The notes: generated by a model not told the origin, from the sequence alone. A stretch of DNA of 64,000 nt from Candidatus Uhrbacteria bacterium GW2011_GWE2_46_68 (GCA_001002765.1 LCMS01000001.1:4662-68661), one strand, 5' to 3'; numbered from the stretch's first letter, positions 1 through 9,857 are shown. Made by a program: numbers and translations.

Positions 1-113
1 GCGTGTTGTGTTGTTTTATGTTTTTGTTTCCACAAGCTGTGGAATCCTCGCCTTGCTTTTACAAAGCGATGAAAAATTAGTGGCGCTTATCATTCTTGCC
101 GTACTCATGATTC

Positions 114-617
114 TTGGCGCCTCGTATCTTGTTCATAAAGAACGTGTCGTTTTTTGTGTGTGTAAGAAATAAATGGTTGGTTGGAGGGGTATTATGTTTC
201 GTTTTTTTGATCGGAGTCGTCTTTGGTCTTTCTTTAGGAGAGACAAGGACAAGCGGTATAGTTTTATGTCCGGATGGATTCTCCATTTCCGTATTGATCG
301 CTGATGAACATCACGAACAAGTACAGGGGTTAAGCGGGACGTCCGTTCTTGAAGAAAATGAGGGGGTGTTATTTTTGTACAAAGAAGCCGGATACCCCGT
401 CCATTGGATGAAAGACATGTTTATCTCGATTGATCTTTTATGGCTTTTGGATGGGGAAATCGTGTTTATGGTAGAAAACGCTCCGATCCCATCGGGGGGA
501 GAGATTGCACACTACCGTCCAGAGGCGCTTGCCAATCAAGTTCTGGAAGTTCCTGCAGGTTTTGTTCAAAAACACGGGCTTTCGGTTGGTGATCACCTTG
601 ACGTACACATACCCTGA
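114..617 (+). CDS. DUF192 family membrane-anchored protein
   Basis: Motifs GLSG..L.ENEGVLF, HWMKDMFISIDLLW, VLEVPAG; N-terminal TM; start uncertain. Confidence 0.8.
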   Translation: MAPRILFIKNVSFFVCVRNKWLVGGVLCFVFLIGVVFGLSLGETRTSGIVLCPDGFSISVLIADEHHEQVQGLSGTSVLEENEGVLFLYKEAGYPVHWMKDMFISIDLLWLLDGEIVFMVENAPIPSGGEIAHYRPEALANQVLEVPAGFVQKHGLSVGDHLDVHIP

Positions 618-687
618 CCGTATACTTTCCCCACATTCTTAATCGCTGGCACACTCGTCTTTTGGCGTAGGAGCCGCGTCAAACATT

Positions 688-1002
688 ATGTTGGCCGTGA
701 TTCAAACCGGAGGAAAACAATATATTGTCCGCGAAGGACAAGAGCTCAACGTCGAGCTTTTAACTCAAGAGCCTGGAAGCGATCTTTTGCTTGATGCCCT
801 ACTCATTTTTGAAGAAGACGGGAGCGATGCCAAAGTCGGCACACCTACGGTTTCAGGAGCAAAGGTGGAGACCAAGGTGCTTGAGCATGGAAGAGCCAAA
901 AAGGTTTCGGTGATCAAGTACAAACCAAAGGTGCGTTATCGTCGCAATGTCGGTCATCGTCAACCTTTCACCAAAATCAAAATAGAAAAAATCTCCGCCT
1001 AA
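688..1002 (+). CDS. rplU: 50S ribosomal protein L21
   Basis: MLAVIQTGGKQYIV ... GHRQPFTKIKI. Confidence 0.97.
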   Translation: MLAVIQTGGKQYIVREGQELNVELLTQEPGSDLLLDALLIFEEDGSDAKVGTPTVSGAKVETKVLEHGRAKKVSVIKYKPKVRYRRNVGHRQPFTKIKIEKISA

Positions 1003-1015
1003 CGCGGAGATTTTT
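986..1015. terminator. Bidirectional intrinsic terminator
   Basis: AAAAATCTCCGC-ctaac-GCGGAGATTTTT between convergent genes. Confidence 0.75.
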
Positions 1016-1027
1016 CTTTAAGATTTG

Positions 1028-2812
1028 TTATCGCAGAACGCCACCCCATTCGATCACGCTGAAGCCGTGGCGCGCGGGTACAGGAGGAAGTTTTGGAGGA
1101 TTGGATGGAGCCGCCTCATCCAAAGGTTCGTAATCCATAAGGATGCGCAGCATCATATCCGGATGTATCGAGAAAGTGAGTGGAGCGATTTGATTCATGG
1201 CACGGGTTCCATGAAATCCAATTTTATAATACGAGGCACCTTGCATGCGCGGATACCAGAATTCCATAAAGTCCGCCGTTTCTTTTTCATTGAGTCCAAG
1301 GTTACTCAAAGTGCTTGTGAGAAAAGTTTTCACATCGGATTTTGCGACCACCCAATAGTGTTGCGGAGGCACATACAGTTTTCCCACACCTTCCCAAAAC
1401 AGATACGGATAGGTCGTGCCATCGGCATTCACCAAGGTTCCATCCGGATAAGCCGTCACATGCCAACCACCTTCATAGACAGGTTCGGAAACACTCAAGT
1501 TCGCATCAATCTCTACCGTGACATCGGTCGGTTCCTCGGGATAAAGATAGATGACCGGTTTTCCACATTCTGCCGCAGGCAAAACATCCGTGTTTGTAAA
1601 CTCGATCCAACGTCCAAGCGGATCTTGCCAGTAAAAATAGGGGTGGCCGGAAATAAATTGTTCCCATGTTTTTGTTTCATCACTCATTTGCCAACTCCCA
1701 AAAGCGATTTGATAGTATTCGGTATCATAGGAAGCGACTTCATACACCGTTCCCGACGCCCCATCAACATCATACGTTCCTGCTTCCACCAAGGTTCCAA
1801 TTTCGGATGCTTCGCGCACATTGGCATAGGTGTCCATTCCACATCCTCCCATACCACCCTTGATATAAAGTTTGTCATTTGTAGTCCCATCATTCCATAC
1901 AATAGGAGGAGGAGTGGATCCACTCTCTATCACCACATAAGGATCCGTCCAAAATGGCACATTCATGTCATACCAAATCAAGCGTCCATCTTCGCGTGTC
2001 GTATAAAAACCGTGTGAACCGCTGGCAAAAAATATACTACCTGTTTCTCCTTCAACAAAGACATATTCACTCAATGTTTTGCCTGTCGTCAGTGTGACTT
2101 GGTGAGGAATAATGGTTGGGGAAAAGTTTACATAATCCGCGCGATACCAAGTGCCCATAAATGTGTATGTATTGTCATTAGTATCGACAAGGGAGGATGC
2201 GGGTTCTTCCAGCTCGGGAATTTTCAAAGAAAGATTTGTTTGCACCAAGGTTTTAAGACTTGGAAAATCTTCTAAGAAAGGACGATAGGTATTTGGACTC
2301 GAGAAAGCCGAACCAATAAAAGAGGAGTATTGATCCAACAAAATGGGATCCCCACTTGTGGAAGGAACAAGGAGATACATATGAGCCGTATCTATTCCCA
2401 TACCGGGAAAATCCACCATCATGATGACGAGTTTGTATCCCGCATGGGTTCCTTCCCTGACGGTTCCAAGAAGGAGCGTATGTGGCTCATTTGGAAAATC
2501 CAAATTTTCCCACTCGTCTCCATAATTGTCTTCGTACATTACTTGTGAAAGAGTTGTACGAGATTCCACTTCCATTTGTTCCGTGACCGGAATCCAATCG
2601 ATAGCGAGGGTGTTTTCATCCGTGGGTTCAGACGTATCATCCACAGGTTGATCATTGACGATTGCATCGTTGTTTGTGTTTTCCACCGGTAAAAGTTTCA
2701 TACCAAGGGCGAATCCTCCGAGGAAAACCACAATGGTGATGGCGATCCCCACGCTGATTGAAGCAAAGATCTCGAGAGCCGAGAGTTTGTGCATAGGTGT
2801 TTGGTTCATCAT
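1028..2812 (-). CDS. Membrane-anchored hypothetical protein with C-terminal KPVIYLYP domain
   Basis: 594 aa ORF, N-terminal TM, conserved CGKPVIYLYP...YLFWEG...EWGG domain. Confidence 0.8.
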   Translation of the reverse strand: MMNQTPMHKLSALEIFASISVGIAITIVVFLGGFALGMKLLPVENTNNDAIVNDQPVDDTSEPTDENTLAIDWIPVTEQMEVESRTTLSQVMYEDNYGDEWENLDFPNEPHTLLLGTVREGTHAGYKLVIMMVDFPGMGIDTAHMYLLVPSTSGDPILLDQYSSFIGSAFSSPNTYRPFLEDFPSLKTLVQTNLSLKIPELEEPASSLVDTNDNTYTFMGTWYRADYVNFSPTIIPHQVTLTTGKTLSEYVFVEGETGSIFFASGSHGFYTTREDGRLIWYDMNVPFWTDPYVVIESGSTPPPIVWNDGTTNDKLYIKGGMGGCGMDTYANVREASEIGTLVEAGTYDVDGASGTVYEVASYDTEYYQIAFGSWQMSDETKTWEQFISGHPYFYWQDPLGRWIEFTNTDVLPAAECGKPVIYLYPEEPTDVTVEIDANLSVSEPVYEGGWHVTAYPDGTLVNADGTTYPYLFWEGVGKLYVPPQHYWVVAKSDVKTFLTSTLSNLGLNEKETADFMEFWYPRMQGASYYKIGFHGTRAMNQIAPLTFSIHPDMMLRILMDYEPLDEAAPSNPPKLPPVPARHGFSVIEWGGVLR

Positions 2813-2815
2813 AAA

Positions 2816-4615
2816 TTAAGGGTTAAAGACGGTTGTTATTTTCCCTTGCATCATAACATCGCGCAAAGGTTCGGACGAGAGATCGGCCAGTTCTTCAAAG
2901 ATTTTCGCCGCCTCTTGATCACTCACGGGCGTAGGTTGTTTTTCGATAATGCGATAGGGGAGAATCCATAAGGAAAGATTATTTTTTTCTCGCAATACAC
3001 CCACGGCATACCCTTTGTCCGTCTCAGGCATGGGTTGATCAAAAATGAAATTGCCCATGGAATAAAATACAGGAACGTCATCAATCATCTCGGCTCCTTG
3101 GGTGACGTGTGGATGTCCACCCACAATAAGATCAGCCCCTGCCTCCACCATCAGTGATGCCAAGTATTGCTGACTTGTATCCGGCACGCGCGCATATTCG
3201 GTTCCCCAATGCGGATAGGCAATGACAAAAAGATTTTCCGCAGATGCCTCCTCGATTTGTGCAACCAAGGTTTTCCAACTGCTTTGGAATTGATTGAATC
3301 CCACAAAAGAAACGCTCGTATTTCCCACTTCCATATCAAGACGAGGCGCCGCATCGTTATAAGTGCCAAACCATTTGATCCCAAGACTTGTAAGGGTTTC
3401 CTGCGTGGAAGTCGTGGCCTCTTTCCCATAATCATCCGTGTGATTATTGGCAAGGCTCACAACATCAACATAGAGTGACAAAACTTCATCCGCCTCGATC
3501 GGGAACACAAAAGGGTAGGGGGCCTCATGCGCATTTTTACGTTCCCAATCTCCTACGGTTCCCTCATGATTGCCGATAACCGTGTGAGTACCCGATAAAA
3601 ATCGTTCCATGTTTTGCCAAGGATAATCATAGCCATGCTCTTCCATTTCGGTTCGCACACTGCGGTCAAGCATGATGTCGCCGATCATGGTGAGGCTCAT
3701 AAACGTACCGTTTTCCGGAGGGCCACTTGTGAAGTAGCCCAAGATATGGCTGGTATTATCTTCAGGATCATTTGTGGCTCCCATCAAAATAGAACTGCCG
3801 CGATAGAGCGGATGCCACACTTGCGAGCCGTGTTCCTTGTTAAACGCAAACAAAATACGCAGGAGCGCATTGGAATCGGTTTCGAGTTCGCATCCGCGAC
3901 AATCACCATGAGCAAGGGCGGTCAAAGTGACCTCGTCATGAAAGGCCGCGATGTACTCGGGAAGATAGTGGGACATGTCGGCGCTGCCTATCAACAAGGC
4001 ATTAGGAAGAGTTTGAGCAATGGTTGTGCCCAAGATCGTCGCTTGCTCAAGAGTGAGATTGTCATGGACAATAATGGGGACAAGTTTGGCGTTTGGAAAA
4101 GATTTTTTGATAAACGGGGTGAGGGCGGCAATGCCGTGTTCCTTTGCAAAAGCTTCTTCCTCTTGTGCAAGCTCGGTATTTTTTGACAACAGTTCAACTA
4201 CAGCTCCCTCATCTGTTTCCAAAATGCCATAAGGTGTTTGCCAATTTCCTAAAGAGATTTGAGCAAAAGATCGTCCAACCGAAAAATGATTGGGGCTTAT
4301 TAGGACGATGGTGTGCACATCTTCATTACCGATGGTATAAAAAGTTTCGGCGATTTTGTGAGCTACAAGGAGATGATGGGCTGCAAGCGCGCTTTGGACA
4401 GCATTTTTCTCCTCATGCCATTTCGCTTGCGCATAGGCGGACTCATAAAAGTTTTGATCTTGCAGGCCGGAGGAATAAAGAGGGGAATCGTCTTCATGTA
4501 TTAAAGAGGGGAGGAAAACATATTGAGATCCCAAAAAAATTCCCAAACAAAAAAGACCTGTGAAAAGACAGATCCAAACCATCCAAGAAAAAGAAGAGTG
4601 GGGGAGAAGGGTCAT
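2816..4615 (-). CDS. MEMO1/AmmeMemoRadiSam protein B domain fused to CapA-like metallophosphatase
   Basis: AHHL, SPNHF, EHGI, SADMSHY (MEMO); GDIMLDR, LANNH, HWGTEY, GGHPHV, YSMGNFIFDQ (CapA). Confidence 0.85.
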   Translation of the reverse strand: MTLLPHSSFSWMVWICLFTGLFCLGIFLGSQYVFLPSLIHEDDSPLYSSGLQDQNFYESAYAQAKWHEEKNAVQSALAAHHLLVAHKIAETFYTIGNEDVHTIVLISPNHFSVGRSFAQISLGNWQTPYGILETDEGAVVELLSKNTELAQEEEAFAKEHGIAALTPFIKKSFPNAKLVPIIVHDNLTLEQATILGTTIAQTLPNALLIGSADMSHYLPEYIAAFHDEVTLTALAHGDCRGCELETDSNALLRILFAFNKEHGSQVWHPLYRGSSILMGATNDPEDNTSHILGYFTSGPPENGTFMSLTMIGDIMLDRSVRTEMEEHGYDYPWQNMERFLSGTHTVIGNHEGTVGDWERKNAHEAPYPFVFPIEADEVLSLYVDVVSLANNHTDDYGKEATTSTQETLTSLGIKWFGTYNDAAPRLDMEVGNTSVSFVGFNQFQSSWKTLVAQIEEASAENLFVIAYPHWGTEYARVPDTSQQYLASLMVEAGADLIVGGHPHVTQGAEMIDDVPVFYSMGNFIFDQPMPETDKGYAVGVLREKNNLSLWILPYRIIEKQPTPVSDQEAAKIFEELADLSSEPLRDVMMQGKITTVFNP

Positions 4616-4772
4616 AATGATTTTATCATACGGGTTTTTGGGGTGTTCGTCATTTCTTGTTTATCTTTTATAATGTGATGACTCTAGGGGAAGGTTTGAA
4701 ATGACGGGAGAAGAAAAGATGATAAATCACTCAAAAAACCCCAATAAAAACGCAAAAAGATGGGGTTTTTTC

Positions 4773-4801
4773 TTGACACATACGTTATTTTATGATACGT
4801 T
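4773..4801 (+). promoter_or_regulatory. Sigma70-type promoter
   Basis: TTGACA-17nt-TACGTT with extended TG. Confidence 0.6.
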
Positions 4802-5074
4802 GGCGCGTTCTAAAAAGTGCGTTTTTCAAAAGGAACGTCGTGCAATCAAGCGGTTTGATAGGCGTATAACATCTCCTCCTTGTTATACGTTCTGTCGAAC
4901 CACTTGAGTGCATGGCTAGAACGTAGGATTTGATTTATTGATCAAATCTTTCGTTCTAGTCAAAGGCACAGCTCCTTACAAGGAAGACTAACCCAAAACT
5001 AGAAGTTCGAAGCTCGACAACACCCCCACTACGGCGGAGAACCCGCCGTTTCCACTCGAAACAGGAGCCACACC

Positions 5075-6493
5075 ATGCGTACCTTCGTCACTCTCTTCGG
5101 TCTTTTCTTCGTTTTCGCCACCCCGGCCTTCGCGGCCGACTACTACCTCGACAATGACGGCGACGGCTACGGACAGACCACGGTCAAGCAGGCAAGCACC
5201 GCGACCGCGGCCCCCACGGGCTACGCGGCCGACAGTGGTGACTGCAATGACACCGACGCCGCGATCAACCCGGATGCCATCGAAGGGTGGGGTCAGGCCG
5301 GCGACAAGATCGACCAGGACTGCGACGGTTCCGACCGCCCCCTGCCCACGATCCCGGCCGATGCGGGGAGGAAGTTCAAGAAGAACTACCCCACGATGAA
5401 TGCCCTCGTCCTCGCGCGTACCTACGGGTACTGCGGGGTGACCGCGGGCTGCGTGATCAACAACACCGATGGCAAGTTCGAGGTCACCACGGCCGGCCAG
5501 GCCTTGTGTGACATGACCGTGTCGCGCGGATATTGGAAGCTCTGGGACGAAAACCAGTGCGCCCAGACCGCGGGCCTGATGTCCTCCCGTGGTGGTGGTC
5601 TCGGCAAGAGCACCGTCGAGAAGATGATCGCCGATGGGAACGCGCCCCTGGCGGCCCGCATCGATGAGGTCGCCCAGGCCTCCTACGACTTCGATATGCG
5701 GCTCGACGAGAGGATCGAAGTCCTGAACATCGCGGTCCTGACGGACAACAGGCGGCTCGATGACCTCGAGGAAGCGGCCGAGTTGTTCGACACCCGGCTC
5801 GATGACCTCGAGGAAGCGGACGTGACCCTGACTCGTGATATCAACGAGGTGTTCGATTCCCAGGTCGCCCTCGTTGGTGGCAGGAAGTCCGATGGCTCGG
5901 TCGTTCCGCCCGAAAAGTCCCGTATGAGTGTGGTGGAGGCAGGGGTCATGGACCTTTCTGACAACGGCATCATGGTGCTCGGTAGCTTTGGCGGAAACGT
6001 CGGCTACCAGCGGCCCTATGCCGTGCAGGAAGGCGGACGCTATGTCCGTGATGCGATGTTCGGTTCGGTCGGCGTCGGGGGTTTCCTTGGCGGCCGGTTC
6101 GGCCAGTTCCAGATGGGCGCTTCCGGCCTCGGAACCCGTACCTGGGATCCGAGCTATGGCAACAGCTTCACCCTCGGCCTCGAGGGCACCTACTTCCCCG
6201 GTGACATGGGCTTCGGCCTGTTCCTGGGTGGCGGGTCCCACGAGTCCGGAGGCAAGCCTCCGGTCGAGTCGACCGTGATCGGCCGCTACGGATTGGTCGG
6301 TTTGCAGGGCGTGTGGAACGCCCCGATCAACGGATACGGTATGTTCCAGATCGTCCCCCGCCTCTCGGCTGGCATCGAGGTCTTCGGGACCAAGGCCAGC
6401 GACGGTGAGAACGTGATCGTCGATGCCCAGCCCGGCGCCCTGCTGATGTTCTCCCTCGAGCTCCGCGCTGGCGCGGGACCCAAGGGCATCTAG
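5075..6493 (+). CDS. Secreted protein: MopE-like metal-binding motif, coiled coil, C-terminal beta-strand-rich (barrel-like) domain
   Basis: Signal peptide (PAFA/A), DNDGDGYG...DCND...NPDA.E...DQDCDG, heptad region, alternating Gly/hydrophobic strands; AGGAG SD; high GC. Confidence 0.8.
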   Translation: MRTFVTLFGLFFVFATPAFAADYYLDNDGDGYGQTTVKQASTATAAPTGYAADSGDCNDTDAAINPDAIEGWGQAGDKIDQDCDGSDRPLPTIPADAGRKFKKNYPTMNALVLARTYGYCGVTAGCVINNTDGKFEVTTAGQALCDMTVSRGYWKLWDENQCAQTAGLMSSRGGGLGKSTVEKMIADGNAPLAARIDEVAQASYDFDMRLDERIEVLNIAVLTDNRRLDDLEEAAELFDTRLDDLEEADVTLTRDINEVFDSQVALVGGRKSDGSVVPPEKSRMSVVEAGVMDLSDNGIMVLGSFGGNVGYQRPYAVQEGGRYVRDAMFGSVGVGGFLGGRFGQFQMGASGLGTRTWDPSYGNSFTLGLEGTYFPGDMGFGLFLGGGSHESGGKPPVESTVIGRYGLVGLQGVWNAPINGYGMFQIVPRLSAGIEVFGTKASDGENVIVDAQPGALLMFSLELRAGAGPKGI

Positions 6494-6748
6494 ATAGATA
6501 GAGTCTTCCTACGTTACGAGGGCGAGTGGTTCAATCCCATCTCGCCCGTCTTGCAAAGGTGTTGAGCATTGCCTCGACAACTTTGCGAAGATTCGTTCAT
6601 TTACATTGGATTAAAAGAGAACCGGGGATGTGAGAGAAAAAGAATGAGAAATTTTTTTCCTTCACACCCCTGGTTTTACTAGGGATTTCGAAAGACCAAC
6701 CCAGTACGGGCGAGGTTTCCTCGCCCAACTTCAACAAGGAGTTCCACC

Positions 6749-7399
6749 ATGCGTTCTCTTCTTCTCTCCCTTCTTTCCCTCTCCGTCGCCTGCGGTCCGG
6801 CCTGGTATCAGGGTCCTGCTCTGGAAGACACCTGTGAGGAGGCCGACACGGATACCGATTCCGACAGCGACAGCGACACAGACTCGGACACCGACTCCGA
6901 CACCGACTCCGACACCGACGTGGTCGTCGAGACCGACCCGTGCGAGGGGAAGGATCTCTGCATCGACTTCGAGACCCCCGGTGGTGTCGAGGTTGAGAAC
7001 GTGTACTTCCATGCCCACGTGATCGACGATGATGACGACTTCGATGCCATGGTGGCCGGCACGGTCAACTGGCCGGACTGGACCATCAACCTGACCTTCG
7101 ATGACATCGAGGAAGCCAGCGTCGGCCTGGACACGGGCTACATCGCGGCGGTGCGGTACAACGTGTCGTTCTGCGACGGTCACGAGGATGGCGACGACGG
7201 TGATGCGGACCACTGCACGTGGCTCGCGTACGGTCGTACCAGCTCCGAGGCCTACCTCACGGCCGACACCGAGGTCTGGTATTGGGGAGAGGACTACGAT
7301 CCCGAGACCATGACCTGGTGCTACGACACCGAAGGTGACACCGACTCCAACGACGACGAGTGTGGAACCTCGGTCGTCGCTGGTCCCAGCGTCGACTGA
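6749..7399 (+). CDS. Acidic putative lipoprotein with Asp-Thr/Asp-Ser repeat
   Basis: Lipobox-like LSVAC, DTDTDSDSDSDTDS tract, AAGGAG SD, high GC. Confidence 0.8.
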   Translation: MRSLLLSLLSLSVACGPAWYQGPALEDTCEEADTDTDSDSDSDTDSDTDSDTDSDTDVVVETDPCEGKDLCIDFETPGGVEVENVYFHAHVIDDDDDFDAMVAGTVNWPDWTINLTFDDIEEASVGLDTGYIAAVRYNVSFCDGHEDGDDGDADHCTWLAYGRTSSEAYLTADTEVWYWGEDYDPETMTWCYDTEGDTDSNDDECGTSVVAGPSVD

Positions 7400-7416
7400 T
7401 CCACACGTTTTGCTAC

Positions 7417-7450
7417 GGCCCCCGTTGAGCTTTGCTCCGGGGGCTTTTCT
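7417..7450 (+). terminator. Intrinsic terminator
   Basis: GGCCCCCG...CGGGGGCT followed by T-rich tract. Confidence 0.7.
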
Positions 7451-7537
7451 GTTTCTTTAATCAAAAAATAGAACATAAACAAATCCCTCCGAAGTCCACG
7501 CCGATGGCGGGGAAGAAGGGGGGGATTCTGTTTCAAA

Positions 7538-7589
7538 AGGGGCGAACGGCCGTTTTGTACGGTAGGGGCGAACGGCCGTTCGCCCCTAC
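7538..7589. repeat. GTAG-type REP-like palindrome (one partial, one full)
   Basis: GTAGGGGCGAACGGCCGTTCGCCCCTAC at 7562-7589. Confidence 0.85.
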
Positions 7590-7616
7590 CTTAGCCAAAA
7601 AGCGACCGTGATGGCC

Positions 7617-7645
7617 TTGACAAAATGACGTTTTTTTGTTATAGT
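7617..7645 (+). promoter_or_regulatory. Sigma70-type promoter
   Basis: TTGACA-17nt-TATAGT with extended TG. Confidence 0.7.
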
Positions 7646-7811
7646 AGGACGTTCAGAATTTGGCAAAAGTACACGGATTTGCGCCATGTTTACAAGGATA
7701 ATGCTTGCGAAGACCTGTTACGAAGCGGGTTTAGCCGGCAACACACGAGGGTGAGAGTAGGGAATCCAAAGGGATTTCCATATCCACACCCTCAAACGGG
7801 TGTTTTTTCAT

Positions 7812-7862
7812 AATTTCCAATCCCTTCATTCATTAGAAATTGGAAATTAGTAATTGGAAATT
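7812..7862. repeat. Heptamer (RGWAATT) repeat element, truncated copy
   Basis: CATT-AGAAATT-GGAAATT-AGTAATT-GGAAATT, same family as 31942-32675. Confidence 0.75.
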
Positions 7863-8048
7863 TACCCACCTCCTTGTCCCCATAGTGCAACTCCGTGACT
7901 TGAGGAAGTTCTTTCCAATAGAACGGAGAAACAGCAAAAAGATCAGTCAACCATACGGGCAAGGTTCTATCCCTGCCCACCCACACCAAACCCGCACGCT
8001 TGCGTGCGTCACGCTTCGCGTTCCAACTACCCCAAGGAGAAAAACACC

Positions 8049-9857
8049 ATGCGTTCCCTTCTTCTCGCTACTCTCATCTTCACCTCGGGCTGCAACCCAG
8101 CTTTCATCTTCGACGGCACCTCCACTGACACCGGCAGCGTCATCGACGACGACACTGGCATCCAGATCGAGGACACCGACATCGAAGATGGCTTCGAGCA
8201 GGGCCCCCAGATCGATCCCGACGACCTCGACAACCTCTTCGACGAGGACGAGACCGACGCGGACGAGGACGGCAGCCCGGCTTCCGAGGACTGCGACGAT
8301 CACGACGACGATGTGTACCCTGGTGCCACCGAGAAGTGCGACGGCGATGACAATGACTGCAACGGCGAAGTGGACGAGGGCTGCTCCGACAGCTCCTACA
8401 CCTACTACCGCGACAGCGACAGCGACGGGTACGGCGACAGCGCCGTGACCACGACCGTCACCACGGCCACGGCCCCCACGGGCTACGTCGCAAACGATGA
8501 CGACTGCGATGACATGAGCGCAGCCGTGAGCCCCGCCGACGCCGAGATCTGCAACAGCATCGATGACGACTGTGATGGCAGCGTGGACGAGGGCGTCACC
8601 ACCACCTTCTACGCCGACACCGATACCGACACCTATGGCAACGTGGCCTCCACCAAGGCCGCGTGCAGCCAGCCCACGGGCTACGTCGCAAACGATGATG
8701 ACTGCAACGACAGCACCTCCTCGGCCCACCCGGGCGCGACTGAGAGCTGCAATGACAGCATCGACAACGACTGCGATGGCGATACCAACGAGGGCTGCAC
8801 CGGCAGTGCCTCGGACAACGATGGCGACGGCTACACCGAGGACGGCGGCGACTGCGATGACACCGACAACAGCGTCCACCCGGGCGCCACCGAGACCTGC
8901 GACAGCGAGGACGACGACTGCGACGGCATCGTGGATGAGAGCGTGACCGTGACCTACTACCGCGACAGCGACAGCGACGGCTACGGCGTGGCGACCACCA
9001 CGATCGCGGCCTGCTCCGCACCGAGCGGGTACGTCACCAACTCGACCGACTGCAATGATGTGAGCGGAAGCGTCCACCCGGGCGCGACCGAGACCTGCAA
9101 CTACACGGATGACGATTGCGACGGATCCACGGACGAGGGCGTGATCAACACGTACTACCGCGACAGCGACAGCGACGGCTATGGCGTGAGCACCACGACC
9201 ACGGCCGCCTGTTCCGCTCCCACGGGCTACGTCACGAACTCGACTGACTGCAACGACACCAGTGCGGCCGTGAGCCCCGCCGATGTCGAGATCGACAATG
9301 ACATCGATGATGACTGCGACGGTACGATCGACGAGGGCTTCACCAGCACCTCGGATCCCTGCAGCGGGCAGCTCGCCTGCTTCGTGAACGATGACAGCGA
9401 CAGCTACAACGATGTCCTCTACGTCCATATGTCCCTCTTCACCCAGGGCTCGACCTACCAGACCCACGACGCGGTCGTGGTCGGGATCGGCGGCTCCTGG
9501 GACCTGAATGACGACAACGTGGCCGTGATCGAAGATGGTTCGTGGTTCGTGATCGACCCCAGCACCTGGTCGTGCGGAGTCGAACAAGATGTCACCCTCG
9601 TGTCCTCCCTGGACAACGACGGCGTCGATCTGTTCGATGAGTACGACTGCGATACGGATGAAGAGCTCGAGACGTCCGCCTGCGACGGAGTAGTTTCCTA
9701 CGCCACCTGGTCTTCCGAGGCCATCTGGCTCCAGAATTACGCCTTCTGCACGGGCGGATCGACGATCGCCGGCCAGATCTGTGAAAGCCAGGGCACCACG
9801 TCGTACCTCTTCTCCCTGGAGGTCGACTGCAGCACCCGCGAGTTCCGGGCGGATTAG
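8049..9857 (+). CDS. Putative lipoprotein with 6 MopE-related metal-binding repeats
   Basis: Lipobox-like FTSGC; DC(D/N)D...PGA.E.C...DDDCDG.VDE x6; ATG 8049 after AAGGAG. Confidence 0.88.
   Translation: MRSLLLATLIFTSGCNPAFIFDGTSTDTGSVIDDDTGIQIEDTDIEDGFEQGPQIDPDDLDNLFDEDETDADEDGSPASEDCDDHDDDVYPGATEKCDGDDNDCNGEVDEGCSDSSYTYYRDSDSDGYGDSAVTTTVTTATAPTGYVANDDDCDDMSAAVSPADAEICNSIDDDCDGSVDEGVTTTFYADTDTDTYGNVASTKAACSQPTGYVANDDDCNDSTSSAHPGATESCNDSIDNDCDGDTNEGCTGSASDNDGDGYTEDGGDCDDTDNSVHPGATETCDSEDDDCDGIVDESVTVTYYRDSDSDGYGVATTTIAACSAPSGYVTNSTDCNDVSGSVHPGATETCNYTDDDCDGSTDEGVINTYYRDSDSDGYGVSTTTTAACSAPTGYVTNSTDCNDTSAAVSPADVEIDNDIDDDCDGTIDEGFTSTSDPCSGQLACFVNDDSDSYNDVLYVHMSLFTQGSTYQTHDAVVVGIGGSWDLNDDNVAVIEDGSWFVIDPSTWSCGVEQDVTLVSSLDNDGVDLFDEYDCDTDEELETSACDGVVSYATWSSEAIWLQNYAFCTGGSTIAGQICESQGTTSYLFSLEVDCSTREFRAD

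Noticed and set aside
1025-2017. 330-aa plus-strand ORF
   Set aside because: Antisense to the conserved KPVIYLYP-domain gene; no recognisable motifs.
6500-6550. tRNA gene
   Set aside because: Only a T-loop-like hairpin; no D arm, anticodon arm or acceptor stem.
7569-7582. CGAAC-N4-GTTCG in the REP as a Gram-positive SOS box
   Set aside because: It is simply the core of the palindrome, and the variant at 30856 changes it while preserving pairing.
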